Source: Octopus bimaculoides
Taxonomy: Eukaryota
Assembly: GCF_001194135.2 (NCBI RefSeq)
Contig: NC_068994.1
Location: 12,141,930-12,205,929 of the forward strand
DNA: 64,000 bases
Reading direction: 5' to 3'
Part shown: piece by piece, positions 51,101-63,249 of the stretch
Position numbering within the stretch: the first letter of the stretch is position 1
Layout: the number at the start of each line of letters is the position of its first letter
Made by a program: the position numbers and the translations under genes
The notes under the pieces: model-generated
Told to the model about the DNA's origin: nothing
The model's database searches: none
The model's input: the letters and a program-made list of their open reading frames with translations, nothing else

Positions 51101-54100
51101 ACATGATAGTCATATACTGTATGGTGTAATGTATAATTACTCTCACTTCTCTATTGTTTTATGTCTTTTAGGGTTGTACCATTGTGTCGAAACTCCGTCC
51201 TGTTGACCAACTGAGAAGACTGCTCATTTCATGCCAAGGTCCAGAATCAGAAGCTGTCAAAGACTTTTTTACTCTACACAAGGTAAACAGTTCTCTTCTC
51301 CATTGTTGTCAGTTTGCTTATATATCTCTGCTTGGGTCTTCATTCCCCTATTCCTCCTATACTTTTCTGTCAATTTATCCATGTCTGTCTGTCTATCTAG
51401 CTGGCTCTCTACCTGTTTATCTGTTTGCGTGTCTGTCTGTCTGTCTATTTGTTTGACTAACTGTCTATCTACCTGTATATTTCTTTATCTGTCTAACTTT
51501 GTCTCTCTCTGTCAGTCTCTCTTTCTCTCCCTCTCACCCGTCTCTCTCCCTCTCACCCATCTCTCTTTCTCTCCCTCTCATCCGGCTCTCTTTCTCTCCC
51601 TCTCACCCATCTCTCTTTCTCTCCCTCTCACCCGTCTCTCTTTCTCTCCCTCTCACCCGTCTCTCTTTCTCTCCCTCTCACCCGTCTCTCTTTNNNNNNN
51701 NNNNNNNNNNNNNNNNNNNNNNNNNNNNNNNNNNNNNNNNNNNNNNNNNNNNNNNNNNNNNNNNNNNNNNNNNNNNNNNNNNNNNNNNNNNNNNNNNNNN
51801 NNNNNNNNNNNNNNNNNNNNNCTCACCCGTCTCTCTTTCTCTCCCTCTCACCCGTCTCTCTTTCTCTCCCTCTCACCCGTCTCTCTTTCTCTCCCTCTCA
51901 CCCCTCTCTCTGTTACCTTCCGTCATTTCTTCCTCTTTCATTGTGTATACACTATAGACACAAACACATCTCTTCTACGCTGACATCGTTTTACTGTCTG
52001 GTTTTCCATGCTTGCATGGGTCAGACGGAGCTTAAAGAGGCAGATTTTCTACAATTAGAGATTCCCTTCTTGTTGCCATCCTTCTCTTATTTCCAAGTAA
52101 AGTAATATTTCCCCGTGGCCAAACATGTTTTTACTGAATATTCGAAATGAACGACATTCATTTACAACAATTCCATGCAGTCAGGTCAAGGAGACACAAA
52201 CACACACATAGCGCAACACAAATATTTACACACACACACCTGATTCCTTTCAATTTCCATCTACCAAATCCAAAATTTTAGTTAGCCTGGGGCTGTAGTC
52301 GAAGACACTACCCCAAGGTGTCATAGAATAGGATTGAACTTGAAACCATGTGGTTGGGAAGCAAATTTCATAACTGCACAGTCATGTCTTTGTCTATTAC
52401 ATCATATTTAACCTTCCATGTTAGCATTACATCTGTAACAAAACAACAAAAACCAAAAAAAAAAAAAAAGGTATGGGCTTGTACTTGATATGTAAAGTTG
52501 ATGAACAGATATATTGTTCAATATGAAACTTGTTTTATTTTTACCAACTTGTAAATGTCTTTAAACACCGTGTTTTTTAATTTTTTCTCCTGTTTCCACA
52601 TCATCACAGGTTGACCAAGCATGTGCTGCCTGTTTAATACTTGCTTGTTCCCGATCTCCCAGTGACCAGCAAGTAAGTTTTGTTGTTGTTGTTGTAGCTT
52701 GATTCCATTGTACTTCCACCATCACCATTTGTGTCAACTCCCCACTCCCTTTGTTTTGCTCTTAATAAGATGTTGTTGTTCAGCTGCGAGTTGTCCTTCA
52801 TTGAACAGATCATTCCATCTTTTCATTTATGCCTGTCTACATTATCCACTTCTGCAGCTGGATGCCCTTCCTAATGCTGACCACTCCGAGAGTGTAGTGG
52901 GTGCTTTTACATGCCACCGGCATGAGGGCCAGTCGGGTGCTACTGGCAACAGCCACGCTCAAAAGGTGTTTTTTATGTGCCACCTGCACAGGAGCCAGTC
53001 CAGTGGCACTGGCAACGACCTCGCTCGAATGTTCTGTTCACGTGACATCAGGAAGGCGACGCTGGTAACGATCATGCACAAATGGTGCTATTTATGTGCC
53101 CCTGGCACGGAAGCCAAGCAGCTGCTCTGGCAATGATCACGCTCAGACGGTGCTGTTAGCGCTCCACCGGCATGGGTGCCAGTCATCGAATTTGGTTCAA
53201 TTACGATGCAAATCAGTTGTGATATCAAGATTTGAACCACTAATCCACTAGTTTGCAAATACTAACCCTACAACATATAAGACATGACACCTACTTAGTT
53301 TTTTTATTTTTGTATCTCCCCCCTCGTTCTTAGGAAAATATTTTAACCCTTTAACATTTAAACCGACCATGTCTGGCCCAAATATTTTGCCTGTCTTATG
53401 ATTAAAACAGCCATACCTGGTTTCTCACACCTACCCTACAATGTCATTTTAAAAACAAACAATCCCCTCATTGAAATCTCAAAGCCACAAGATAATCCAT
53501 GATTAATTCAAAACAATGTGAATAAATAAGGATAACATTTGATAGAGTAATCTGAATGCTAAAGGGTTAAGAAGAAAAGTTCTCGCAGCCCCTGAACTTT
53601 ATGCTTTTACAATCTGTGCCAGTGCACAAGTATGACCACACCCTATTAGACGCAACTAGTTTTAACCCTGTAGCATTTAAACCGATCATATTTGGCCCAA
53701 ATGTTCTACCAGATGTATTTTCAAACAGACCAGATCCTATCCTACCCCTCACACCTTCCCTCCAAGCCATTCTAAAAATAAATAATCGCGTTATTGAAAT
53801 CTCAAAGCTTCAAGATAATACATGATTCAGAACAATGTAAATAAACATTATATTTGACAGAGTTAAAGAGTATAATTTCATTGTTACAGATTGTCAACTG
53901 GGCTCAAATGGCCTTCTTTATGTATGGTGGACATCCCCACATGAAAATTGCAAGTGAAAATGAATATGGACCAGGGATTCCTACAAGTGTTGGCCCAGCA
54001 TCATATCCTGGTGAATCTTCCTTTTTATTTTTCCTTCACAAGAGTGTCCAAGGTGCCATGCAACAGGACTGAACCCGAAACCATATGGTTGGGAAGCAAA

Positions 54101-57100
54101 CTTCTTACCACACAGCCACACCTGTGCAAAAATATTGTTTTAATGCACCTCCCAGTCCTGGAAACGAACTCACAACCATTAGGTCGTGAGCATAACATCA
54201 CTAACCAGGCTATTCGTCCTGTAGCATCTTATGCTACAATATGTGTGGACAATAAATATTTATTATGAGTATTGACTTTATAAATATATGACATAAATGC
54301 CAACATGTCTGTCTGTCTGTCTCTCTGCTTGTCTGTCTGTCTCTCTGCTTGTCTGTCTGTCTCTCTGCTTGTCTGTCTGTCTCTCTGCTTGTCTGTCTGT
54401 CTCTCTGCTTGTCTGTCTGTCTCTCTGCTTGTCTGTNNNNNNNNNNNNNNNNNNNNNNNNNNNNNNNNNNNNNNNNNNNNNNNNNNNNNNNNNNNNNNNN
54501 NNNNNNNNNNNNNNNNNNNNNNNNNNNNNNNNNNNNNNNNNNNNNNNNNNNNNTGCTTGTCTGTCTGTCTCTCTGCTTGTCTGTCTGTCTCTCTGCTTGT
54601 CTGTCTGTCTCTCTGCTTGTCTGTCTGTCTCTCTGCTTGTCTGTCTGTCTCTCTGCTTGTCTGTCTGTCTCTGCTTGTCTGTCTGTCTCTCTGCTTGTCT
54701 GTCGGTCTCTCTGCTTGTCTGTCGGTCTCTCTGCTTGTCTGTCGGTCTCTCTGCTTGTCTGTCTGTCTCTCTGCTTGTCTGTCTGTCTCTCTGCTTGTCT
54801 GTCTGTCTCTCTGCTTGTCTGTCTGTCTCTCTGCTTGTCTGTCTGTCTCTCTGCTTGTCTGTCTGTCTCTCTGCTTGTCTGTCTGTCTCTCTGCTTGTCT
54901 GTCTGTCTCTCTGTTTGTCTGTTTGTCTCTCTGCTTGTCTGTTTGTCTCTCTGCTTGTCTGTCTGTCTCTCTGCTTGTCTGTCTGTCTCTCTGNNNNNNN
55001 NNNCTCTCTGCTTGTCTGTCTGTCTCTCTGCTTGTCTGTCTGTCTCTCTGCTTGTCTGTCTGTCTCTCTGCTTGTCTCTCTGCACTCTTATGTATGTGTG
55101 TCTGTGTATGTGTGATATATGGTCTATATGACGTAGACACCACATAAATGCCGGGTGTTAACCTTAACTTTCCTATTACAGGTCAAGCAACACCTGGTCA
55201 CCTGTCCTACTCAATGATGTATGACCCGGCAACCCATTACACATCACTTGCTGGTATGCCAACACCAGCACCAGGTTGGTATAAACCCTTACTTAACCTT
55301 TCCTGCTTGGCTTCTTGTAACAGACTTTTTAAGCTTGCTCTACCTTAACCCTTTTGATAACAACCCACCTGAGACTGCCCCTGGTTCTACGCTACAAGTT
55401 TCTTCTTTTGAAGTGATTTAAATTAAAACTTTCTACCAAAAATTTTATGTACAAGCATCCACTTATCATCATCATCATCGTCGTCGTTTAACGTCCGCTT
55501 TCCATGCTAGCATGGGTTGGACGATTTGACTGAGGACTGGTGAAACCGGATGGCTACACCAGGCTTCAATCTGATTTGGCAGAGTTTCTACAGCTGGATG
55601 CCCTTCCTAACGCCAACCACTCCGAGAGTGTAGTGGGTGCTTTTACGTGCCACCAGCACGAAGGCCAGTCAGGCGGTACCGGCAACGGCCACGCTCGAAA
55701 TGGCGTATTTTATGTGCCACCTGCACAGGAGCCAGTCCATCGGCACTGGCATCGATCTTGCTCGAATTTTACTAAATTCTTGAATATTTTCAAAGTTAAT
55801 TTAGAACAAAGGCAGTGAATTTCCATAAAAATATGCTAACAAAAGGGTTAAACTTTTCCTACAAACACTTTATCCCTCGCTTTTCTTTTATTCTTATTAT
55901 TCTTTCACCATATCCTTTTGAGAGGAGGGCAAGTCGGCTAAATAAAATAAAATAAATTACTGAGGTCTATGATTTTGAATTCCAAAATTACTGACCTTGT
56001 GCTTAAATCAGGTGTTACACTATCACTATTTTCATGTATCTGTCTCTCCTTTTTCTATCTCTAGATCGTTGCCAGTGCCCCTGGACTGGCTTCTGTGCAG
56101 GTGGCACATAAAATGCACCATTTTGAGCGTAGCCGTTGCCAGTACCGCCTGACTGGCCTTCGTGTGGGTGATACGTAAAAGCACCCACTACACTCTCGGA
56201 GTGGTTGGCGTTAGGAAGGGCATCCAGCTGTAGAAACTCTGCCAAATCAGATTGAAGCCTGGTGTAGCCATCCAGTTTCACCAGTCCTCAGTCAAATCGT
56301 CCAACCCATGCTAGCATGGAAAGCAGACGTTAAACGATGATAATGATGATGATGATGATGTTTCACTTTATCTGTATCTCTCTTTGTTTTTATCTCTTTA
56401 TCTGTCTCTTTTCCCTCTTATCTATTTCTTTTTATGTATCTCTCTCTTAATCTGTTTTACTCTCTCTTTTTCTCCAGTTGTCTCTCTTTTTATCTATATG
56501 TATCTGTGTTTTGCCTGTATCTTCACTCTCCCCTTTCTCTTTATTTATCTGTCTATTTTAATCATTATTGTGAAGGCACTACTGCCAGACAAAAGGGGCA
56601 TAACAGCATTCTCCTGACATTACATTTCTGGGTTCAAATGTTGCAGAGGTCAATTTTGTCTTTCATCCTTCTGGGATTGATAAAATAAGGTAACATTTGA
56701 GCACTAGGTTTAATTAAAGATGCATGGTTCATGTCATACAGTAAGCTTCTCCCCTTCTATCTAAGGAGTTTTGAACCTGATGTTTTATTTAGCTGTTCAT
56801 AGCTCAATTTGATTTGAGGTGTTGTGTGTGTGTGTGTGTGTGTTGGCACTCCGTCGCTTACGACGTCGAGGGTTCCAGTTGATCCGATCAACGGAACAGC
56901 CTGCTCGTGAAATTAACGTGCAAGTGGCTGAGCACTCCACAGACACGTGTACCCTTAACGTAGTTCTCTGGGATATTCAGCGTGACAGTGTGACAAGGCT
57001 GACCCTTTGAATTACAGGCACAACAGAAACAGGAAGTAAGAGTGAGAGAAAGTTGTGGTGGAAGAGTACAGCAGGGTTCGCCACCATCTCCTGCCGGAGC

Positions 57101-57911
57101 CACGTGGAGCTTTTAGGTGTTTTCGCTCAGTAAACTCTCAACGCCCTGTCTGGGAATCGAAACCGCGATCCTATGACCGCGAGTCCGCTGCCCTAACCAC
57201 TGGGCCATTGTGCTTCCACTTGATTTGAGGTACATTGTTAATAAAGACTTATTTACACATTCACATATGCATGTTAATACCCAAGACACACATGTAGGCA
57301 CATAAACATAGCAAAACTTCTCAACTCTTTTTTTTTTGCAATTTATTTATGTAAGAAATCACAATTATTGTTTTATTTTTGTGTTTTGTTTCTATTATAA
57401 TGTAATAATGTTTGTTTCTTCCCTCCATTGTAGGGTCTGCACCGATTCATAGTTCCACACCTATGGTTCAACCACAGCCTCAGCAGCCGCAGCAGCAACC
57501 ATTCTCCCAGTCTTACCACTCGAGTATCCTGGGACGCTGCTCAGCTGCCGGTCACGATGTGGTCTTCTCGGGCAAACACAATGGCATCTGCCTCTACCTG
57601 TCACGGATCCTGAGGTAAGCATGAAGGCACCCAACTTTATTTACTTGTTTACTTAACCTTTTAGCATTTAAACTGGCCTTATCTGGTCCAAATATTCTAC
57701 CTGATTTATGTTCGAACTGACTGGATCTGGCCCCTCATGCCTATCCTACAATGTCATTCTAAAAATAAACAATCACATCATTGATCTCTCAAAGCTACTG
57801 GTTCGTTATTTATCTTTTTTAAGTCTTGGCACTTATTCTATCGGTAACTGTTTCTGAACTAAGTTTCTGGGACATGAACAAACCAACACTGGTTGTCAAG
57901 CAGTGGAAGGA

Positions 57912-57958
<47 letters not shown>

Positions 57959-58835
57959 CAGGCTTCTGCACAGTTTCTGTCTATCATTCACTCACACAGC
58001 ATTGGGCTTTGGCTATAGTAGAAGACACATGTTGAAGGTGCTGCACAGTGGGACTGAACTTGAAATTATGTGGATTGCAAAGTGACCATTATATTTTAAA
58101 ATTAATGGAAAGAAACTCAGTGTATTTCAATGGGAATAAAATAGCAAATGGTTGAAATAGCAATAAGGGTAGGTATGGTGCTGATTCGGTATTTGAAATG
58201 GTGATTAGATTACACGTGTTGCTGATTTGGTTGTTAAAAGCCTGACTATTCTAACTACACTGCCTCTTTCAATTCTATATTTCAATTTTATATTTCACAG
58301 GCCTATTTGGGATCAATATATAGTCTCAGAATATCATTGTAAAACTGATGGTGAATCCATTACTTATGTAAGTATACAGGTTTTGTTGCTTCGTTTTTTT
58401 CCCCTTTTATTTTTTCTTCCATTTATGAAGCAAACTTCTCGACCGCACAGCCATGTCTGTGCCCGCTCCCCTTTCCCTGTGTCACTCTGAGTGTTCTGTA
58501 TATTTATACGTTTGTTTGTCTGTTCCTTCCTTTGTGCAGCTAGTGTGCAAGTTCACCAGTGAACAACTACAGCATACCTCAATTCTGGTGCGCAACGTGT
58601 CAGATTTCATAGATTTCAACTCCCGACTTGATTCACCTTTAGCAGCCGACAGGTAAGTCAATTCTACAGGCGCGCTCTCTCTCTCTCTCTCTCTCTCATA
58701 CACACATACATATAATGTATCCTCTTGTCCTCCCTTACTCTCTCTGAAAGTGTGTGAAAATACACACACATTCTCTCACTTTCACACACTTTTCTCTCTC
58801 CCTCTTTCTTTCTCTCTTTCACACACATTCTCTCA

Positions 58836-58879
<44 letters not shown>

Positions 58880-61057
58880 TACACACACATACACGTACAC
58901 ACACATTCTCTCTCACTCTTTCACACATTCACTTTTCTTTCTCCCTCTTTCTCTCTTTCACACACTCACTTTCTCTCTCTCTCTCTCTCTCTCACTTACA
59001 CACACACACACACACACACACATTCACTTTTCTCTCCCTCTTTCTCTCTTTCACACACTCACTTTCTCCCCCCTCTCTCTCATACACACATACACATAAT
59101 GTACCCTCTTGTCCTACCTTTATTTATCTGATTCAATGGGAAAAAAATATTTAAATATTCAAAAAGACAGTCACAGTTATTCAGTTATAAAAGTTCACTG
59201 AATCTAGTATATATTTGTTGATGTATAAATTAATGGAGCAGCAGGGAAAATACCTTGTCTTTAGTTTTGTCATTTTATAGTCTGAGTTCAAATCCTGGCA
59301 TGGATGATGTTGCTTTCCATCTTTCCAAAGTCAATAAAATAAAATATGTGTTAAGTACTGAGGTCAATGGACTTAACTGTCTTCACTTCCTTCCATATAA
59401 TATTTCTGACCATGTGTGTTAGTATTGAGTGGCTGTGTGGTAAGTAGCTTGCTTACGAACCACATGGTTTTGGGTTCAGTCCCACTGCGTGGCACCTTGG
59501 GCAAGTGTCTTCTACTATAGCCTCGGGCTGACCAAAGCGTGAGTGGATTTGGTAGACGGAAACTGAAAGAAGCTCATCGTATATATGTATATATGTGTGT
59601 GTATGTGTTTGTGTGTCTGTGTTTGTCCCCCCAACATCACTTGACAACCGATGTTGGTGTGTTTACGTCCCCGTAACTTAGCGGTTCGGCAAAAGAGACC
59701 GNNNNNNNNNNCTTGGGCAAGTGTCTTCTACTATAGCCTCGGGCTGACCAAAGCGTGAGTGGATTTGGTAGACGGAAACTGAAAGAAGCTCATCGTATAT
59801 ATGTATATATGTGTGTGTATGTGTTTGTGTGTCTGTGTTTGTCCCCCCAACATCACTTGACAACCGATGTTGGTGTGTTTACGTCCCCGTAACTTAGCGG
59901 TTCGGCAAAAGAGACCGATAGGATAAGTACTAGGCTTCGAAAGAATAAGTCCTGGGGTCGATTTGCTCGACTAAAGGCGGTACTCCGGCATGGCCACAGT
60001 CAAATGACTGAAACAAGTAAAAGAGTAAACATTGGTGTGTTTGTTATTTGTTAGGTCTGTCATCATCATCATCATTATCATCATCTGTTTTGTATTGTTT
60101 TTCAGTCCTACAGCTGGGCACCCAACAACATTGAGAATGACTGGTCCCCATTATGATGGTCACCATATGGATGAACAGACAAGGAAGCAATGGCAAAGTA
60201 TGTTATTTCATTTTCTCTCTCTCTCTCTTTTTCCATTCGTCTAATTTTCTGTCTTTCACCGCTCACCTATCTTCTTTGATTGTCTATGCATTTACTCACC
60301 CACCTATCTGGCTTTGCTATACATCTATTTGTCTGTCTCATTTGCCCTTACACCTGTCTCTCTTCTTTGCCTTTCCACCTGTCTGTCTTTTTTTCTCCAT
60401 CCACCTCTCTGCACTGGTCTATATTGTTCTATGTACCGATATATTTGTCTCTTTTACTCTTTTACTGGTTTCAGTCATTTGACTGTGGCCATGCTGGAGC
60501 ATCACCTTTTAGTCGAGCTAATCGACCCCAGGACTTATTCTTTGTAAGCCTAGTACTTATTCTATTGGTCTCTTTAGCCAAACCGTTAAGTTACGGGGAC
60601 GTAAACACACCAGCATCAGTTGTCAAGCGATGTTGGAGGGACAAACACAGACACACAAACATATACACACACAAACACATATATTGACTGAACACTATTC
60701 AATTTTTTTTCTCCGTGTTTTTCTCCTTGTCTCCNNNNNNNNNNNNNNNNNNNNNNNNNNNNNNNNNNNNNNNNNNNNNNNNNNNNNNNNNNNNNNNNNN
60801 NNNNNNNNNNNNNNNNNNNNNNNNNNNNNNNNNNNNNNNNNNNNNNNNNNNNNNNNNNNNNNNNNNNNNNNNNNNNNNNNNNNNNNNNNNNNNNNNNNNN
60901 NNNNNNNNNNNNNNNNNNNNNNNNNNNNNNNNNNNNNNNNNNNNNNNNNNNNNNNNNNNNNNNNNNNNNNNNNNNNNNNNNNNNNNNNNNNNNNNNNNNN
61001 NNNNNNNNNNNNNNNNNNNNNNNNNNNNNNNNNNNNNNNNNNNNNNNNNNNNNNNNN

Positions 61058-61095
<38 letters not shown>

Positions 61096-63213
61096 GATGG
61101 GCTTCTTTCAGTTTCTGTCTACCAAATCCACTCACAAGGCTTTGGTTGGCCCGAGGCTATAGTAGAAGACACTTGCCCAAGGTGCCACGCAGTGGGACTG
61201 AACCCGGAACCATGTGGTCTTTGTAAGCAACCTACTTACCACACAGCCACTCCTACGCCTGTCTATATATGTTACACGTATACATCATTTCTGATGTCTT
61301 TTGCCATTGTTTTAATGTGTATTTCCGATAAATTAATTTTAAATCCCCTGTTATTCTTCTCTAGTTGAGTGCCAGAATGTTGAAAGAGCATCTTTACAGA
61401 ATGTCCGAGAGTTGATCACCCAAGTGGAGCAGGTCCTCAGTCTACTCAAAGTCTTAGTTGATCACCAGTTCCACATGTTGGCCAGAGAACTGAATCAGGT
61501 AAATGTCTTTCTCTCACTTTCTGATACACACACACACACACACACACACACCTAACACATACACAATTTATCTATGTATTTAGAAGTACCTACATGCATA
61601 CTTAGATATACGCTCACAGACAGTCTTGACTGTTAGATTTTGTTGTTGATGATGTTGTTGATTATTATGATTCATTATATCTGAGACGAATTGTAATTCT
61701 AGGTAGGTGATATAGAACTTAGATCAATCTCTCTGTCTTCATTTCTTAGATCTTTCATGAGCCTCAGGACTCATAAGGCCAATGCTTGACTCAGTTTCCA
61801 TTTAACTCTTCAGCATTTAAACTAGTCATATCCGGCCCAAACATGCTATTTGTTTTATGTTCTAACCAGCCAGATCCAGCCTATTACATCTGTCCTTCAA
61901 TGTCATTCTAAAAATATACTATCACTGTCAAGTTTTGTAATTTGCTTATTTTAAAAGCACAGATATAGGAACAAAGATCAATAGCCACAAACTGAATTTC
62001 TATCTCGCCAGAGCAGAAGTAGACCCAAAAGCAGAATGTATGAGAAGGGGTAACAATATCAACCATGTCCCTGTAGCAGTGGAATCAATTGTGTGTCCCC
62101 ATTTATTTTTAATTGTAATATATATAAGAAAAAAAGCGGACAAGTCCACATTAAACTCACACTTGTCATGTTACTGGTAGTTTTTAATTACTTCGAGCGA
62201 GGTCGTTGCCAGTGCCACCGGACTGGCTCCTGTGCAGGTGACACCTAAAAACACCATTTGAGCATGGCCGTTGAGCATGACTGGCCCTCATGCTGGTGGC
62301 ACCATTTGAGCATGACTGACCCTCGTGCTGGTGGCACGTAAAAGCACCCACTACACTCTCAGAGAGGTTGGTGTTAGGAAGGGCATCCGGCTGTAGAAAC
62401 TCTGCCAGATCAGATTGGAGCCTGGTGCAGCCATCTGGTTTGCCAGTCCTCAGTCAAATCGTCCAACCCATGCTAGCATGGAAAGCGGACATTAAACGAT
62501 GATGATGATGACAGCATTTGTTATATATTCTTTAGGAGTTCAATACACGACAGTCACATCATAAAAATTTGAAAGCTATGTGATGATGCATGGTTGATTA
62601 AAAACAATGTGAATGAAAGAGCATTTCATTTGACAGAATAATTTGAATGCTAAAGGGTCAAGTGGTTGAGGTTGCAAAACCCTTCATTGAACAGAATACC
62701 AATCTGTCACAGAGTTTACTTCCCAGCAGTTGCTGGAACCCATTTACGGCTGAGTGGACTGGAGTAAAAGTACTTTGTTCAAGAACACAATGCACTGCCT
62801 GATCCAGAAATCGAAACCCTGATTGTATAATTGTGAATGCAGCAACTTAACCACTATGATATGCATCTTTACGTTTTCATTTCTAGTCCAGTTTTACTTT
62901 TTGCTGTGTTTCTTGTTCCTAAACAATTCCTATATTCTGTTATTGATTTCTTCAGGATCAACAGGCCCATCTCAAGGCAATGACATTTAAGCAGTTAGTG
63001 GTATCAGGTCGTGAGGTAAGAAACCAGTTCATGTTTTCTTTCCATGCACACATAGAGTACACACACACACACACACATATATAGCACACACACACACACA
63101 CACACACATACGTAGCACACACACACACACACATGCTCTATATGCAATGCATTGTATTTTATTCTCCTTGCTTCAATAATGTAAATCCTTTCTTCTTGTT
63201 TTAATCTGAATTG

Positions 63214-63249
<36 letters not shown>

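Noticed and set aside
54229-55147. Long ORFs of 260-304 aa (ETDRQAERQ / LSVCLS repeats)
   Set aside because: Translations of a 20-bp minisatellite plus N gaps, inside NUP155 intron 16
55162-55168. CCTTAAC (U12 branch-like) just upstream of NUP155 exon 17
   Set aside because: The matching donor is GTGAAT, not RTATCC, so this is not a U12 intron
55530-55545. CTGAGGA...GAAA in SINE-C copies resembling a hammerhead core
   Set aside because: Only 5 nt between the motifs (no stem II) and no complementary stem I
59496-59917. 206-bp exact tandem duplication inside a SINE
   Set aside because: The two copies are identical and separated by a 10-N gap, typical of an unmerged contig overlap
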